A stretch of DNA of 48,609 nucleotides, taken from assembly GCA_035655455.1 (NCBI GenBank), contig DASRUL010000006.1, forward strand, positions 1 through 48,609. The letters run 5' to 3'. The notes below the pieces were generated by a model. It saw only the letters and a list, made by a program, of their open reading frames with translations, did no database searches and was not told where the DNA came from. This DNA comes from Candidatus Nanoarchaeia archaeon (GTDB lineage Archaea > Nanobdellota > Nanobdellia > SCGC-AAA011-G17 > GW2011-AR18). A program made the translations under genes and the position numbers. Numbering within the stretch: position 1 is the first letter of the stretch; the number at the start of each line of letters is the position of its first letter. Below are positions 8,486-17,510 of this stretch, piece by piece.

Positions 8486-9193
8486 CTATGGAAAAATTTT
8501 CGCGAGACGCACCCCAAGCCTGTCGTCCTCAACGGAATGCCCCCTGTCAAGGACCAAGCCCAACCCGGAGCTCCAGCTACGGATAGCCGCACTTTCATCT
8601 CCATTAACATGCCAATGATAAAATTCTCCACTAGCTTTTACACTAGTTGGATAGCCACATTCATTAATATCTTGCCTGTCAAAGCTTCCATCTTTTCCTG
8701 GAAGAGATACCCTCTTTTCCTTAGTTCCTACGCAGACTTTCTTCCTGCCTTTTACTAAATCCTCAAGCCATTCCGCTTTTGCGTTAATCATCTCACTGAG
8801 GGTCGCTTGAGCTTCCGCATTGCCCTGCTGTACTAGCTCTTTTATGTAAGGAATACATACTCTGTACATTAAACCAACAGTTGGTAGTTTGTATCCTAAC
8901 GCCTCAACTAGTTTTCTCGCATTTGGATGATTGATGTTAACCACATATTGCCCATCAGCTCCAGTCAAATTTAAACCAGCCCTTGTTCCCGCATCTCTCA
9001 CACTTCGATCATATTTTAAAACACCTTTAGCAATTTCTATTCTTGAACATGAATCTAAATCCCCATAACCAGATTCTCTTAAGAATTGCCTGTAAGCAGG
9101 AGTTGTGACTTGATGAATTATTGCCCTATCAAATACAAAGAAATCCAAGTTTCCCCGCCTGTTTGTATCCTGTTCTTCCCTAGGTCCCACCAT
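8486..9193 (-). CDS. hypothetical protein, possibly a divergent FGE-sulfatase (SUMF1/DUF323) fold
   Basis: 235 aa. It weakly resembles FGE-family landmarks: ALGYKLPTVGLMY (compare GxRLPTEAEWE), GEFYHWHVNGD (compare GNVWEWV) and a C-terminal IRSWSS...DDRLGVRLAK (compare RGGSW...GFRLA). Composition is distinct from neighbouring genes: lower GC and no C/A third-position bias. Confidence 0.4.
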   Translation of the reverse strand: MVGPREEQDTNRRGNLDFFVFDRAIIHQVTTPAYRQFLRESGYGDLDSCSRIEIAKGVLKYDRSVRDAGTRAGLNLTGADGQYVVNINHPNARKLVEALGYKLPTVGLMYRVCIPYIKELVQQGNAEAQATLSEMINAKAEWLEDLVKGRKKVCVGTKEKRVSLPGKDGSFDRQDINECGYPTSVKASGEFYHWHVNGDESAAIRSWSSGLGLVLDRGHSVEDDRLGVRLAKIFP

Positions 9194-9305
9194 TTTGCTC
9201 TACTTATGGAAAGAACATAATTTTATAAAACTTTATATTTGTGGATGTCAAGGTTCTATAACTTGCTCAGTAGATTTATATACAAGTTACTACAATTGTA
9301 TACCT

Positions 9306-9605
9306 ATGGCTGAAAGCGTTTCTGTGAGAATAGGCGAAGATGAACTTTTAGAAATAGAGAAAATTTCAAAATTTGAAAAAAAATCGAAATCAGAGGTGTT
9401 GCGATCTGTTTTAGAGAAAGGGCTAAAAGAGGAAAAGTTAGAGATTGCAATAAAACGTTTTAGTAAAAATGAGATAACTATCGCGTCTGCAGCCAAGCTC
9501 GCGGGCGTTTGCTTGTCTGCTTTCATGGATGCTCTGTCAGAAAGAAAAATTCGATTTCACTATGGTTTAAAAGAGCTTGAGAAGGATTTTGAGGGTTTGC
9601 TTTGA
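9306..9605 (+). CDS. antitoxin: ribbon-helix-helix N-terminus fused to a UPF0175-like domain
   Basis: MAESVSVRIGEDELLEIEKISKFEKKSKSEVLRSVLEKGL is RHH/CopG-like. ITIASAAKLAGVCLSAFMDALSERKIRFHYG is UPF0175-like. The stop overlaps the start of the downstream PIN-like gene (TTGA). Confidence 0.7.
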   Translation: MAESVSVRIGEDELLEIEKISKFEKKSKSEVLRSVLEKGLKEEKLEIAIKRFSKNEITIASAAKLAGVCLSAFMDALSERKIRFHYGLKELEKDFEGLL

Positions 9606-10135
9606 TTTCTAATTCGTCACCCTTAATCGCTTTAACAAAAGTCGGTCTCTTAACAGAGGCAAAGAAACTTTATTCTTCTCTTGAAGTTCCAGAGGTAGTT
9701 TTTAACGAGAGCATACTTGCAGGTTTAGAGAGTGGAAAACAAGATGCGATCATCTTGAACGCGCTCTACAAAGAAGGGTTCATTAAAAAAATAAAATTGG
9801 ACAAAAAACACGCTGAGATAAGCAAGAAAATTGAGACAGAATACCACCTAGACCAAGGGGAAGCAGAAGTTCTTGCTCTTGCTCTCCAATTAAACCAAAA
9901 AACAATACTTCTAGACGAGGCTCTGGGAAGAAATGTTGCAGAACTGTTTGAGTTGACCCCGAAAGGCTCGTTAAGGGTTATTTTAGAGTGCTACAATCAA
10001 AATTTAATCACAGAAGAAAAAGTATATGTGAAAGTAGGGGAGTTAGTAAAAATTCTAAGGATAGATTCTGAGGTTCTCACTCGCCTTTGGGATTTATTTG
10101 AGATTGCAAAGAAGAAGAAAACAAATAAAAAATGA
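9602..10135 (+). CDS. PIN-like (DUF3368-type) putative toxin
   Basis: 177 aa. SNSSPLIALTKVGLL...VPEVVFNE and DQGEAEVLALALQLNQKTILLDEALGR match the DUF3368/PIN pattern usually paired with UPF0175. The first acidic residue appears replaced by Asn and the start is a TTG, so activity and start are uncertain. Confidence 0.6.
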   Translation: MISNSSPLIALTKVGLLTEAKKLYSSLEVPEVVFNESILAGLESGKQDAIILNALYKEGFIKKIKLDKKHAEISKKIETEYHLDQGEAEVLALALQLNQKTILLDEALGRNVAELFELTPKGSLRVILECYNQNLITEEKVYVKVGELVKILRIDSEVLTRLWDLFEIAKKKKTNKK

Positions 10136-10148
10136 ATGCATCGTTATC

Positions 10149-10156
10149 TTTATATA
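10149..10156 (+). promoter_or_regulatory. TATA box for the giant-protein operon
   Basis: TTTATATA is centred about 27 nt upstream of the ATG at 10180. This supports 10180 as the true start (near-leaderless) and an operon promoter independent of the upstream TA pair. Confidence 0.55.
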
Positions 10157-10179
10157 CAGTTAAAAGACATTTCTCCATC

Positions 10180-12315
10180 ATGAAAAAAAAGGGGCAGGTC
10201 AGCGTCTTTGTCATCATCGGAATCCTTCTCGTCCTGCTCACCGGAACCTACCTCGCCTACAAATACTTCGGCATTGAAGAATCACTCAGAGAACGACGCC
10301 AACTCCTTTCCAGAGTTCCAGCACAATTCCAACCAGTCGCCAGCACCCTCAACCAGTGCGTAGCCAAAGTAACAGCAGACGCCCTCACCCTCGTCGGAAG
10401 CCAAGGAGGTTACGCAACGCTTCCCCAAGATCCACTTCCCACAACTTTTATCACTCCAATCAAAAGAAACCTCGACATCATCCCAAACTCAGGCTTCCAA
10501 ACCCCCCTCTGGTTCAGAGAAACAGGAAACGGCCTCCAAGAAACAGCAATTCCAACAAAAAAACAAGTCGAACAAAACCTCGCCCTTGTCATCAATGAAA
10601 AATTCTCCTCCTGCGTCGAAAATCTGACAAGCTTCACCAGCCAAGGCTTTCACCTCCTCAACATCGCAGACAAGCCAACATCTGCTGTAAGAATCCTTCC
10701 AGAGCGCGTCGAGGCACAGGTTGAATTTCCAGTAACGCTCTCCCTCAACGAGATCCAATACACCCTCGAGGCCCACACCGCAGAAGTGGAAACAACGTTT
10801 GGACAATTGTACGACGCGGCTGTAGAAATCTTCGAAACAGAAAACACCGGCTTCTTCCTCGAAAACAAGACACTCGACCTCCTTATCGCAGACGATGCAA
10901 TCCCTTTCTCAGGATCAGACCTCTCCTGCACCGAACACGTCTGGTCAAAGAGAGGCGTGATTGAACGAGTAAAAAACGCGCTCTTTGAAAACGTCGCGGC
11001 CATGACCATCAAAGGATCAAACACTGACAAGGATCCAGACTACCTCACCTTTGACGCGATGAAACGCGACAGAAAAGCCATCACCATCAACCTGATGTAC
11101 AATCCGGCATGGCCAACCTTCATCGAGATCAGCCCCTCCAAAGGAGACACCTTGACCTCTGACCCAATCACAAAACACACCGGCAATCTCGTCACGAGCA
11201 TCTTATCTTCGTATTTTTGTTTGAACAATTACCATTTTGTTTACACCATCAAATATCCAGTGCTTATCACCCTCACGGACGAACAAGGATTTAACTTCCA
11301 ATACGCAACAGAAGTCATCCTCGAAAGAAACCTACCCAGAAAAAACACCATCCTTCCCCTCACCCTTCCTGACACGACCTCACCATTATGTGACTATTCA
11401 ACAGCACCACTTACTATCACCACGCTCGCTGTCAACAACGAAGGATTCTTAGCGCCTTTAAATAACGTCCAACTCTCCTTCAAATGCTTTCCCACAACCT
11501 GCACCCTTGAAGAAACAGGCAAAAACAAAAACACCGTCACCCTCCTTAGCCCACCCTGCGTCAACGGCATTGTCGAAGGCCAAAAAGAAGGCTACTTCAA
11601 CGGAAAAACAGTCGTCGCAACAAACACCAAAGAGCACCAAGACATTGATCTCGTCCTCGAACCTTTGTACGAAAAAAACGTAGAAGTCTTTGTCATCGAA
11701 AAAGGCACAGGGAAAACGCGAGAACCTTACTCTTCAGAACTCGCAACCTTCGAATTCAGACACAAAGACGCACGCTTCACCACCAGCTACTCCACCCAAG
11801 AGGAAGGAGCATCCTGTGACAAGGACGAAGACTGCGGCCCGGGACTTGACTGCAAAAGAGATTCATGCATCTTACCCAACTGCGAGAAAGACACTGACTG
11901 CTCCTTACATCAAAAGTGCGTCTCCCAACAATGCGCGCCTAAAGACAATATCAAGCTCCTTGTCGGAGATTACTTTGTTACCTCTTCCCTCTCCAGATCA
12001 AGCAGCATCCCACTCACGACACAAAAACGCGAAGTAGAAAAATGCGTCGAAACCGGAAGACAAGGGTTACTTGGCCTGTTCCTCACAGAAGAAAAATGCT
12101 TCAAAACAGAAATCCCGCCAGTCGAGCTCAAAAACGTCATCGTCGGAGGCGCAACCTTCGAATTCACGTTTGATCGTGAAACGCTCAACAGCGAAGAACC
12201 TTTGAAACTCTACATCCTCACTGACGAACTTCCCGCGGACCTCGAAGGATTCGCTGAAATCCAGACAAGCTTAAGCACAAATAAAGACCATCCAATGTTC
12301 AGGTACCCGGCATGA
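10180..12315 (+). CDS. large secreted protein with a prepilin-like (class III) signal peptide and tandem 4-Cys modules (operon gene 1)
   Basis: 711 aa from ATG 10180. The N-terminus is MKKKG|QVSVFVIIGILLVLLTGTYLAY: a basic stretch, then G-Q, then a hydrophobic helix. Near the C-terminus are two tandem modules, SCDKDEDCGPGLDCKRDSC and NCEKDTDCSLHQKCVSQQC (nt 11812-11940). I recognise no protein family. Confidence 0.8.
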   Translation: MKKKGQVSVFVIIGILLVLLTGTYLAYKYFGIEESLRERRQLLSRVPAQFQPVASTLNQCVAKVTADALTLVGSQGGYATLPQDPLPTTFITPIKRNLDIIPNSGFQTPLWFRETGNGLQETAIPTKKQVEQNLALVINEKFSSCVENLTSFTSQGFHLLNIADKPTSAVRILPERVEAQVEFPVTLSLNEIQYTLEAHTAEVETTFGQLYDAAVEIFETENTGFFLENKTLDLLIADDAIPFSGSDLSCTEHVWSKRGVIERVKNALFENVAAMTIKGSNTDKDPDYLTFDAMKRDRKAITINLMYNPAWPTFIEISPSKGDTLTSDPITKHTGNLVTSILSSYFCLNNYHFVYTIKYPVLITLTDEQGFNFQYATEVILERNLPRKNTILPLTLPDTTSPLCDYSTAPLTITTLAVNNEGFLAPLNNVQLSFKCFPTTCTLEETGKNKNTVTLLSPPCVNGIVEGQKEGYFNGKTVVATNTKEHQDIDLVLEPLYEKNVEVFVIEKGTGKTREPYSSELATFEFRHKDARFTTSYSTQEEGASCDKDEDCGPGLDCKRDSCILPNCEKDTDCSLHQKCVSQQCAPKDNIKLLVGDYFVTSSLSRSSSIPLTTQKREVEKCVETGRQGLLGLFLTEEKCFKTEIPPVELKNVIVGGATFEFTFDRETLNSEEPLKLYILTDELPADLEGFAEIQTSLSTNKDHPMFRYPA

Positions 12316-15300
12316 GAAAAAAAAGCGTGATCGCACTGTTCTGCATGATGCTGATAGTCACCAGCCCCATGGTTCTCAGCCAACGCTTCTCAACATCCTC
12401 AGACTTTAACCTCCAAGAGTCAGAACCAATCGTAGATTTCACCACCTCGCCCTTTGACCGAGCCTCAGCTGTTTACAGCAAAACGTTTGGCACGCCCCAA
12501 GACGTCGGAGAAGCACTCATCATCTACGCAGGACAGCCACAACCACCCCTCATCAGAGCCTCACTCGCAGAAGACCAAGAAATACCTGTGTTTATTCCCC
12601 TCAAAACCACAGACATTGGTTCAGTGCTTTCAACCCTGACAGGAGATGTTTCAGAACGAGACCCATTCACAGGATTAACAAGCATTCCCCGCATTAGCAA
12701 CGTCGTTGTCAGACTCAACAAAACAAATCCTTACGTAAAAACAGTCAGATACATCCCGCCAAAAACAGGTTTCACAAAAGACAACCTTGGTTATTTAGTC
12801 GTCATTTTAAACAAGCTGAAAAACGAAACCAGCCTGCCAACCTCAGGAAGCATCCAAGCAGGCATCGCCAGCGTCCAACTTCCAGGAGAAGTCTTTTCCA
12901 GCCTCAACAACACGCCAGTCATTCCCTTAGAACTCAACGCAGAAATCCTTTTCGACCTCACCTCAGGAACCCTGCTCAGCCTCGGAGAACAAACCCTCAC
13001 CCTCAAACAAGAATCAGAACAAGCATTCCTGCAAAAACCCTCACGAGAAGAAAACGCGTTTTACAACAAGAGAGCGTATCTCCGCGCGAACGCCATCTCA
13101 TCAGACAGGGTATCGTTTACCGTGTACAATAAAGAATTACATTCGCTCTCTCTCTTTAATCCACCAAACGAACCAGCAGGCGTACCTGTTTCCTCGCTCA
13201 CCCTCTCCCGCTCAAGCCCAGAATCACGACCCATCAGACTCAGAATCAGCTCCAACGCGCTCGAAGACACCGTGCGATTTAGGCTCAATGAGATTGTCCT
13301 TCCAGAAGACAGGGTTAGCTACCGATTAATCGCAGGCGGAAAAACCTACGAAAGAAAAGCAAACATCCGCAGTCCCTTGTTTCCGCGATCACGCTGGGAA
13401 ATCCAGAGAATAGCACAGTCAGACCCTGAACCAACCACCCTCAAAGACCTCATCGAAAAAGGAATCATCCTTGACACTACCTCAGAAGAAAAAGCAAAAC
13501 AAGCAGCATCAGGAGAACTCAAGCTCATCACGCACACCCTTGTCCTCAGAAACACCGCAACAGGAGAAACACGAACACTTCAACGAAATGTCCTGACAGG
13601 CCTTGTTTTTTCCTTTGACACAGCACCAGTAGACGACACCACCGCGAGCTTCTTAGAAAAAAAATACTGCCCAGAACCAGATCCAGACAAGGCAGACTTA
13701 GGCTGCGCAGCAGTCCACACCTTTAAAAAAATCACCCAAGACTTTCCCCATACAGCAGAAGCAAAAGACAGCCACAAACAACTCTTCGAGATTTACGAGC
13801 AGAAGCTCATAGATTACGCCGCGTGCGATAAGACAGGACCAAATCCCAATGATGTCGCCAACCTCAACGAGTGCCAGGCCTTCCTCAGGGACACACAAAC
13901 ACTTGCTTATTACTACGCGAGCAAAATCCAAGCTTCAGACCCAGAGCTCATCCAGCGACTGCAAGCGGGATACGGAGGAGCCGGCGGCTTCGAATATTTG
14001 ACAGACGAAGGCATCTCAGTCCAACTCAACTACGTAGAGAAAATCACAAACGAAGAAAAAGGCTCCGCCACACTCCGCGTGAACGGCGTCGAACATCAAA
14101 ACTTGCGGGTAGGCATAAACATTCCAGGAACTGAAGGCACGGCAATCACAGGAGAACCCTTCACCCTTGAAATCAGCGCCATCAGATCAAGCACTGTCCA
14201 TATCATAAAGAGAGCAAAAACCTCCCAACGCGTTCTCGGCTCGTCACAAACCCTCGTCCTCGGAAAAAATAATGTCCTCCTTCAGGAAAGAAGATCTGCA
14301 GACGGACGTGTTGAGCGAGAATCTGTTGACATCGAACTTGTGAACGTCAATACCAACGTCGAGGCATCAGTCAGCATCATCCCAAACGCAGGCCTCGGCC
14401 TCGCACGCTCTTCCTTCACTGTCATCATTCCTGTCGAGCCACGACCATTGAAGAATATTGGAGAGAAATTAAAAGACCACATCAACGCCACGAGAAAACT
14501 GGTCGCGGACTTAGACAAGGTCATCCAAAAACTCGACAGCGTCGTCAGAACATGGAAGAAGATTTGTTTGGTGACGTTCGCGTTTGTCACAGTCAAAAGC
14601 TCCTTCCTCGGAGGAACAACACGGGCACTCGCACGCCGCGGCGTCAGCGAGCTCTATAAAAAAGACTGCAACCAAAAAGCCAGCACAGGGCTCTTCGAGA
14701 GCGCTGATGATTGCCTAGCATCCAGAGCAGATGATATCTCCAAAGACGTCGACGCGAACCAGCGCGCGATTGAACATGTCCAACAAGAACTCTCAGGACA
14801 AACACCAGCCACGCTTAAAACGTGCGGAGACGTTCCCTTCCAAGAAGTCAAAGCCCTCGGCGCGACTATTGACGACTGCAGAGACTATTTACGGCTAAAC
14901 GCGCTCAGGAGCGACACCATCTCAGACACTTTCGCCAAAGGCGTTGATCAACAATTATCAGCACTCAAATTCGAAGGAAAGAAACAACAGTACGAAGCAG
15001 CAGAACAATGGCTCAAGGGTTATCCAGACTTCACGAGAAAGTTTGGCGAGGATGAAGACGCAAGGCTTGAAGCGCTAAGATTTTACACAAACTCGGCAGA
15101 AGCACAAAAAGAAAGCGCAACCTCACAAAAAAATGTTCTCCCTCTCTCACATCTCCTTCCCACAGAAGACAACAAAGCAACAGCCCTATTACCTCAAACA
15201 GGAACGAATGATCTTGGACCAACAACCCTTGTCAAAGTCACCAGGCTGCAACGCGCAGTCTACGAATCAGGAGCAGAAGGTGTTGTGAGCAGCATACAAA

Positions 15301-17510
15301 AGGCTTACTGCAAAGACTTACATGATCCTCAATGCATCCAAGGCCAGCTCGATCTTTGGAACAGCATTTCAGACGAACCCTTATACGCGCGCCAAGAATT
15401 TGTGAATCCTGCTACCCTTATAAAAAATTTGGGAACTGCACACCCTTACCTTTCAAGCTATACCTTGCTCACGACAAAAAATAAAGCGCTCGCCATCTCC
15501 AGCACAACACCACCAGCAGACTTCAACCTCTACTCCAGCCAAGTCGTTGACGTCAACAACCAACTACGAAGCCTAGACTACGCCTACTCACAGGGAGCAG
15601 AGGCAGGCGGAGACCTTCTCGCACAATACGACCCAGAATCAGGCCAAGCCTTCTGCTACCCCACAGGAAGAGACGGAGAATACGTTCTTGTCTTAGAACG
15701 CTTCCAAGGCACAGGAAAAGTAAAAATCTTCAGGGCAATGAACGTCGGCCTTAACGGCGTCATCGAATGCGGCTCAGGAGACGATGTCATCGTTCTTGAC
15801 GAATCAGCACTCAGCCTGCCAGCAAACCAGAGAAAAAGACTTGATTATTTATCCATTGTTGACCGCGCGCCACGCTGCCAAAAAGAAGGAACAAGAGTAG
15901 GAAGCGTCACAAAGAAAAACGGAAAAACAGTAGGCGTACGCTGCAGCACCAAACAAGCAAAACTCAACCTCCAACTCAACAGCCCAAAATGCATCGACGT
16001 CATGGAACCAGAAGACTGCACCATCCTGTTCAACGCGTGCGATCCAGTCATGTGCCCAGCAACACGCTGCAACCTCGGAGGCAAGTACCAAGTAGACGAC
16101 GTCATCCAATCAGGCATTGTCGGCTCAGTCTTTCTCTGCGCACCAAACGTGAAACAAGGCGTTGTTGTTCCTTTCTGTTTAACAGGAATACTCGCAGGAC
16201 TCAAACACATCAAGAGCATCCTCCAATCCTATGCAGATTGTTTAGAGGCGAACCTGAAAGACGGAAAGAACGTCGGCTTCTGCGATTATATCAGAAGCGT
16301 CGGCGTCTGCGAATTAATCTGGAGAGAAACCATTAACCTCTTCAACATCAAAGGCGGCGTCATTGATTATTTATCAGAAAAGGCCTTTGGCGAGCCAGAA
16401 GGAGGCGCAGAATACTTGACCTTCCAGCAATCCCTCCAAAACGTCGGAGACTCGTTCAACTACTTTACCACAGAATACTCCAACACGTACGTGGCGGCAT
16501 TAAAAGGGTCATCCACAGAAGAAATAGGATCCCAAGTATGCAGGCTTGGCGTTTACGGAAGACTGCCAACTGTTGGGGATGTGCTTGACAAACTCTCAGA
16601 ACCTGAAGATCCCCCACAATTCTTCGCGCTTCTCGACGAGGCGCCCTATGTCCAAGACATCGGAGAAGCACCCCTTGTTCCACGCGTCCCCTCAAGCGCA
16701 CAGGCCTTATCCAATTATAAAATATTTTATCACATCTACGCGGGAACAGGATTCGCAGCACAACAAGCAGTCTTCACAGACCCAGTCAATCAGGCAACAG
16801 GGCGACCAAACAAAGCAGTCACCTACTCTGTGTACTTGATCAATAAAGAATTAGGCTTACCTCCCTTGTATATGACCTCAGAAGAAGAACTCGGCCAAGT
16901 TTCCGCAACCATTCCCAGAGGGCAGTATGTGCAAAAATCAGTCCAGCGCGTTAGCCAAACAGGATACAACGAGGTATGCATCAATTTAAATGGAAAGCCC
17001 TCTTGCGGATTTGGAAAAGTCTCATCAGCATTCTCCCTGAACTATATCAATGATAAACTTGTCGAAGCAGAGGCAGGCAAGAAGGTTAAGAGCGCAGAAG
17101 AATGCCTTCCAGACCCGCCAACAACAGGAGCAGCGCTCGGCAGCTTCGTCACCCCAGAACGTTACGGCCTCGTGAACACTGGAGTGGTACGCGTCTGCAA
17201 CCCAACACCACCAACAGCAGACACGACGCGATGGGCAGCAGCCGGAGAATGCGGCAAAGACAAGAACGGGGTTGATCGCGGCATATGCTGGCTTGACAGA
17301 AACTCGTTAAATATTAAAAACCTCGAAACAAGAAGCGACGTGCTCGGAGCATTAAAACAACGCGACATTCTCAAAAAACAAGGACTTGAAGGAGACATCC
17401 TCACAGCAGAGCAAAGCAACCAACTCCTCGAACAATTACGAGAACGCCGCGACCATGTCCTTGAAAAACTCCGGCTAGAAGTACAACGCTTGTTAGAGGA
17501 GGAAGCATGA
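12312..17510 (+). CDS. giant secreted protein, 1732 aa (operon gene 2)
   Basis: The ATG overlaps the upstream stop (ATGA). It has a Sec-type signal (MRKKSVIALFCMMLIVTSPMVLSQ), a central hydrophobic segment (ICLVTFAFVTV), a region with 12 Cys in about 150 aa plus hydrophobic stretches (nt ~15870-16330: NACDPVMCPATRCNLGG...GIVGSVFLCAPN...VVPFCLTGILAGL) and a C-terminal coiled coil (LLEQLRERRDHVLEKLRLEVQRLLEEEA). Confidence 0.85.
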   Translation: MRKKSVIALFCMMLIVTSPMVLSQRFSTSSDFNLQESEPIVDFTTSPFDRASAVYSKTFGTPQDVGEALIIYAGQPQPPLIRASLAEDQEIPVFIPLKTTDIGSVLSTLTGDVSERDPFTGLTSIPRISNVVVRLNKTNPYVKTVRYIPPKTGFTKDNLGYLVVILNKLKNETSLPTSGSIQAGIASVQLPGEVFSSLNNTPVIPLELNAEILFDLTSGTLLSLGEQTLTLKQESEQAFLQKPSREENAFYNKRAYLRANAISSDRVSFTVYNKELHSLSLFNPPNEPAGVPVSSLTLSRSSPESRPIRLRISSNALEDTVRFRLNEIVLPEDRVSYRLIAGGKTYERKANIRSPLFPRSRWEIQRIAQSDPEPTTLKDLIEKGIILDTTSEEKAKQAASGELKLITHTLVLRNTATGETRTLQRNVLTGLVFSFDTAPVDDTTASFLEKKYCPEPDPDKADLGCAAVHTFKKITQDFPHTAEAKDSHKQLFEIYEQKLIDYAACDKTGPNPNDVANLNECQAFLRDTQTLAYYYASKIQASDPELIQRLQAGYGGAGGFEYLTDEGISVQLNYVEKITNEEKGSATLRVNGVEHQNLRVGINIPGTEGTAITGEPFTLEISAIRSSTVHIIKRAKTSQRVLGSSQTLVLGKNNVLLQERRSADGRVERESVDIELVNVNTNVEASVSIIPNAGLGLARSSFTVIIPVEPRPLKNIGEKLKDHINATRKLVADLDKVIQKLDSVVRTWKKICLVTFAFVTVKSSFLGGTTRALARRGVSELYKKDCNQKASTGLFESADDCLASRADDISKDVDANQRAIEHVQQELSGQTPATLKTCGDVPFQEVKALGATIDDCRDYLRLNALRSDTISDTFAKGVDQQLSALKFEGKKQQYEAAEQWLKGYPDFTRKFGEDEDARLEALRFYTNSAEAQKESATSQKNVLPLSHLLPTEDNKATALLPQTGTNDLGPTTLVKVTRLQRAVYESGAEGVVSSIQKAYCKDLHDPQCIQGQLDLWNSISDEPLYARQEFVNPATLIKNLGTAHPYLSSYTLLTTKNKALAISSTTPPADFNLYSSQVVDVNNQLRSLDYAYSQGAEAGGDLLAQYDPESGQAFCYPTGRDGEYVLVLERFQGTGKVKIFRAMNVGLNGVIECGSGDDVIVLDESALSLPANQRKRLDYLSIVDRAPRCQKEGTRVGSVTKKNGKTVGVRCSTKQAKLNLQLNSPKCIDVMEPEDCTILFNACDPVMCPATRCNLGGKYQVDDVIQSGIVGSVFLCAPNVKQGVVVPFCLTGILAGLKHIKSILQSYADCLEANLKDGKNVGFCDYIRSVGVCELIWRETINLFNIKGGVIDYLSEKAFGEPEGGAEYLTFQQSLQNVGDSFNYFTTEYSNTYVAALKGSSTEEIGSQVCRLGVYGRLPTVGDVLDKLSEPEDPPQFFALLDEAPYVQDIGEAPLVPRVPSSAQALSNYKIFYHIYAGTGFAAQQAVFTDPVNQATGRPNKAVTYSVYLINKELGLPPLYMTSEEELGQVSATIPRGQYVQKSVQRVSQTGYNEVCINLNGKPSCGFGKVSSAFSLNYINDKLVEAEAGKKVKSAEECLPDPPTTGAALGSFVTPERYGLVNTGVVRVCNPTPPTADTTRWAAAGECGKDKNGVDRGICWLDRNSLNIKNLETRSDVLGALKQRDILKKQGLEGDILTAEQSNQLLEQLRERRDHVLEKLRLEVQRLLEEEA

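Noticed and set aside
10132-10179. The 16-codon N-terminal extension of operon gene 1 (ATG at 10132, overlapping the PIN-like gene stop). It would couple the operon translationally to the TA module.
   Set aside because: The extension would bury the basic-G-Q prepilin-like signal 16 residues from the N-terminus. A consensus TATA box at 10149-10156 lies inside the extension, at the canonical distance from ATG 10180.
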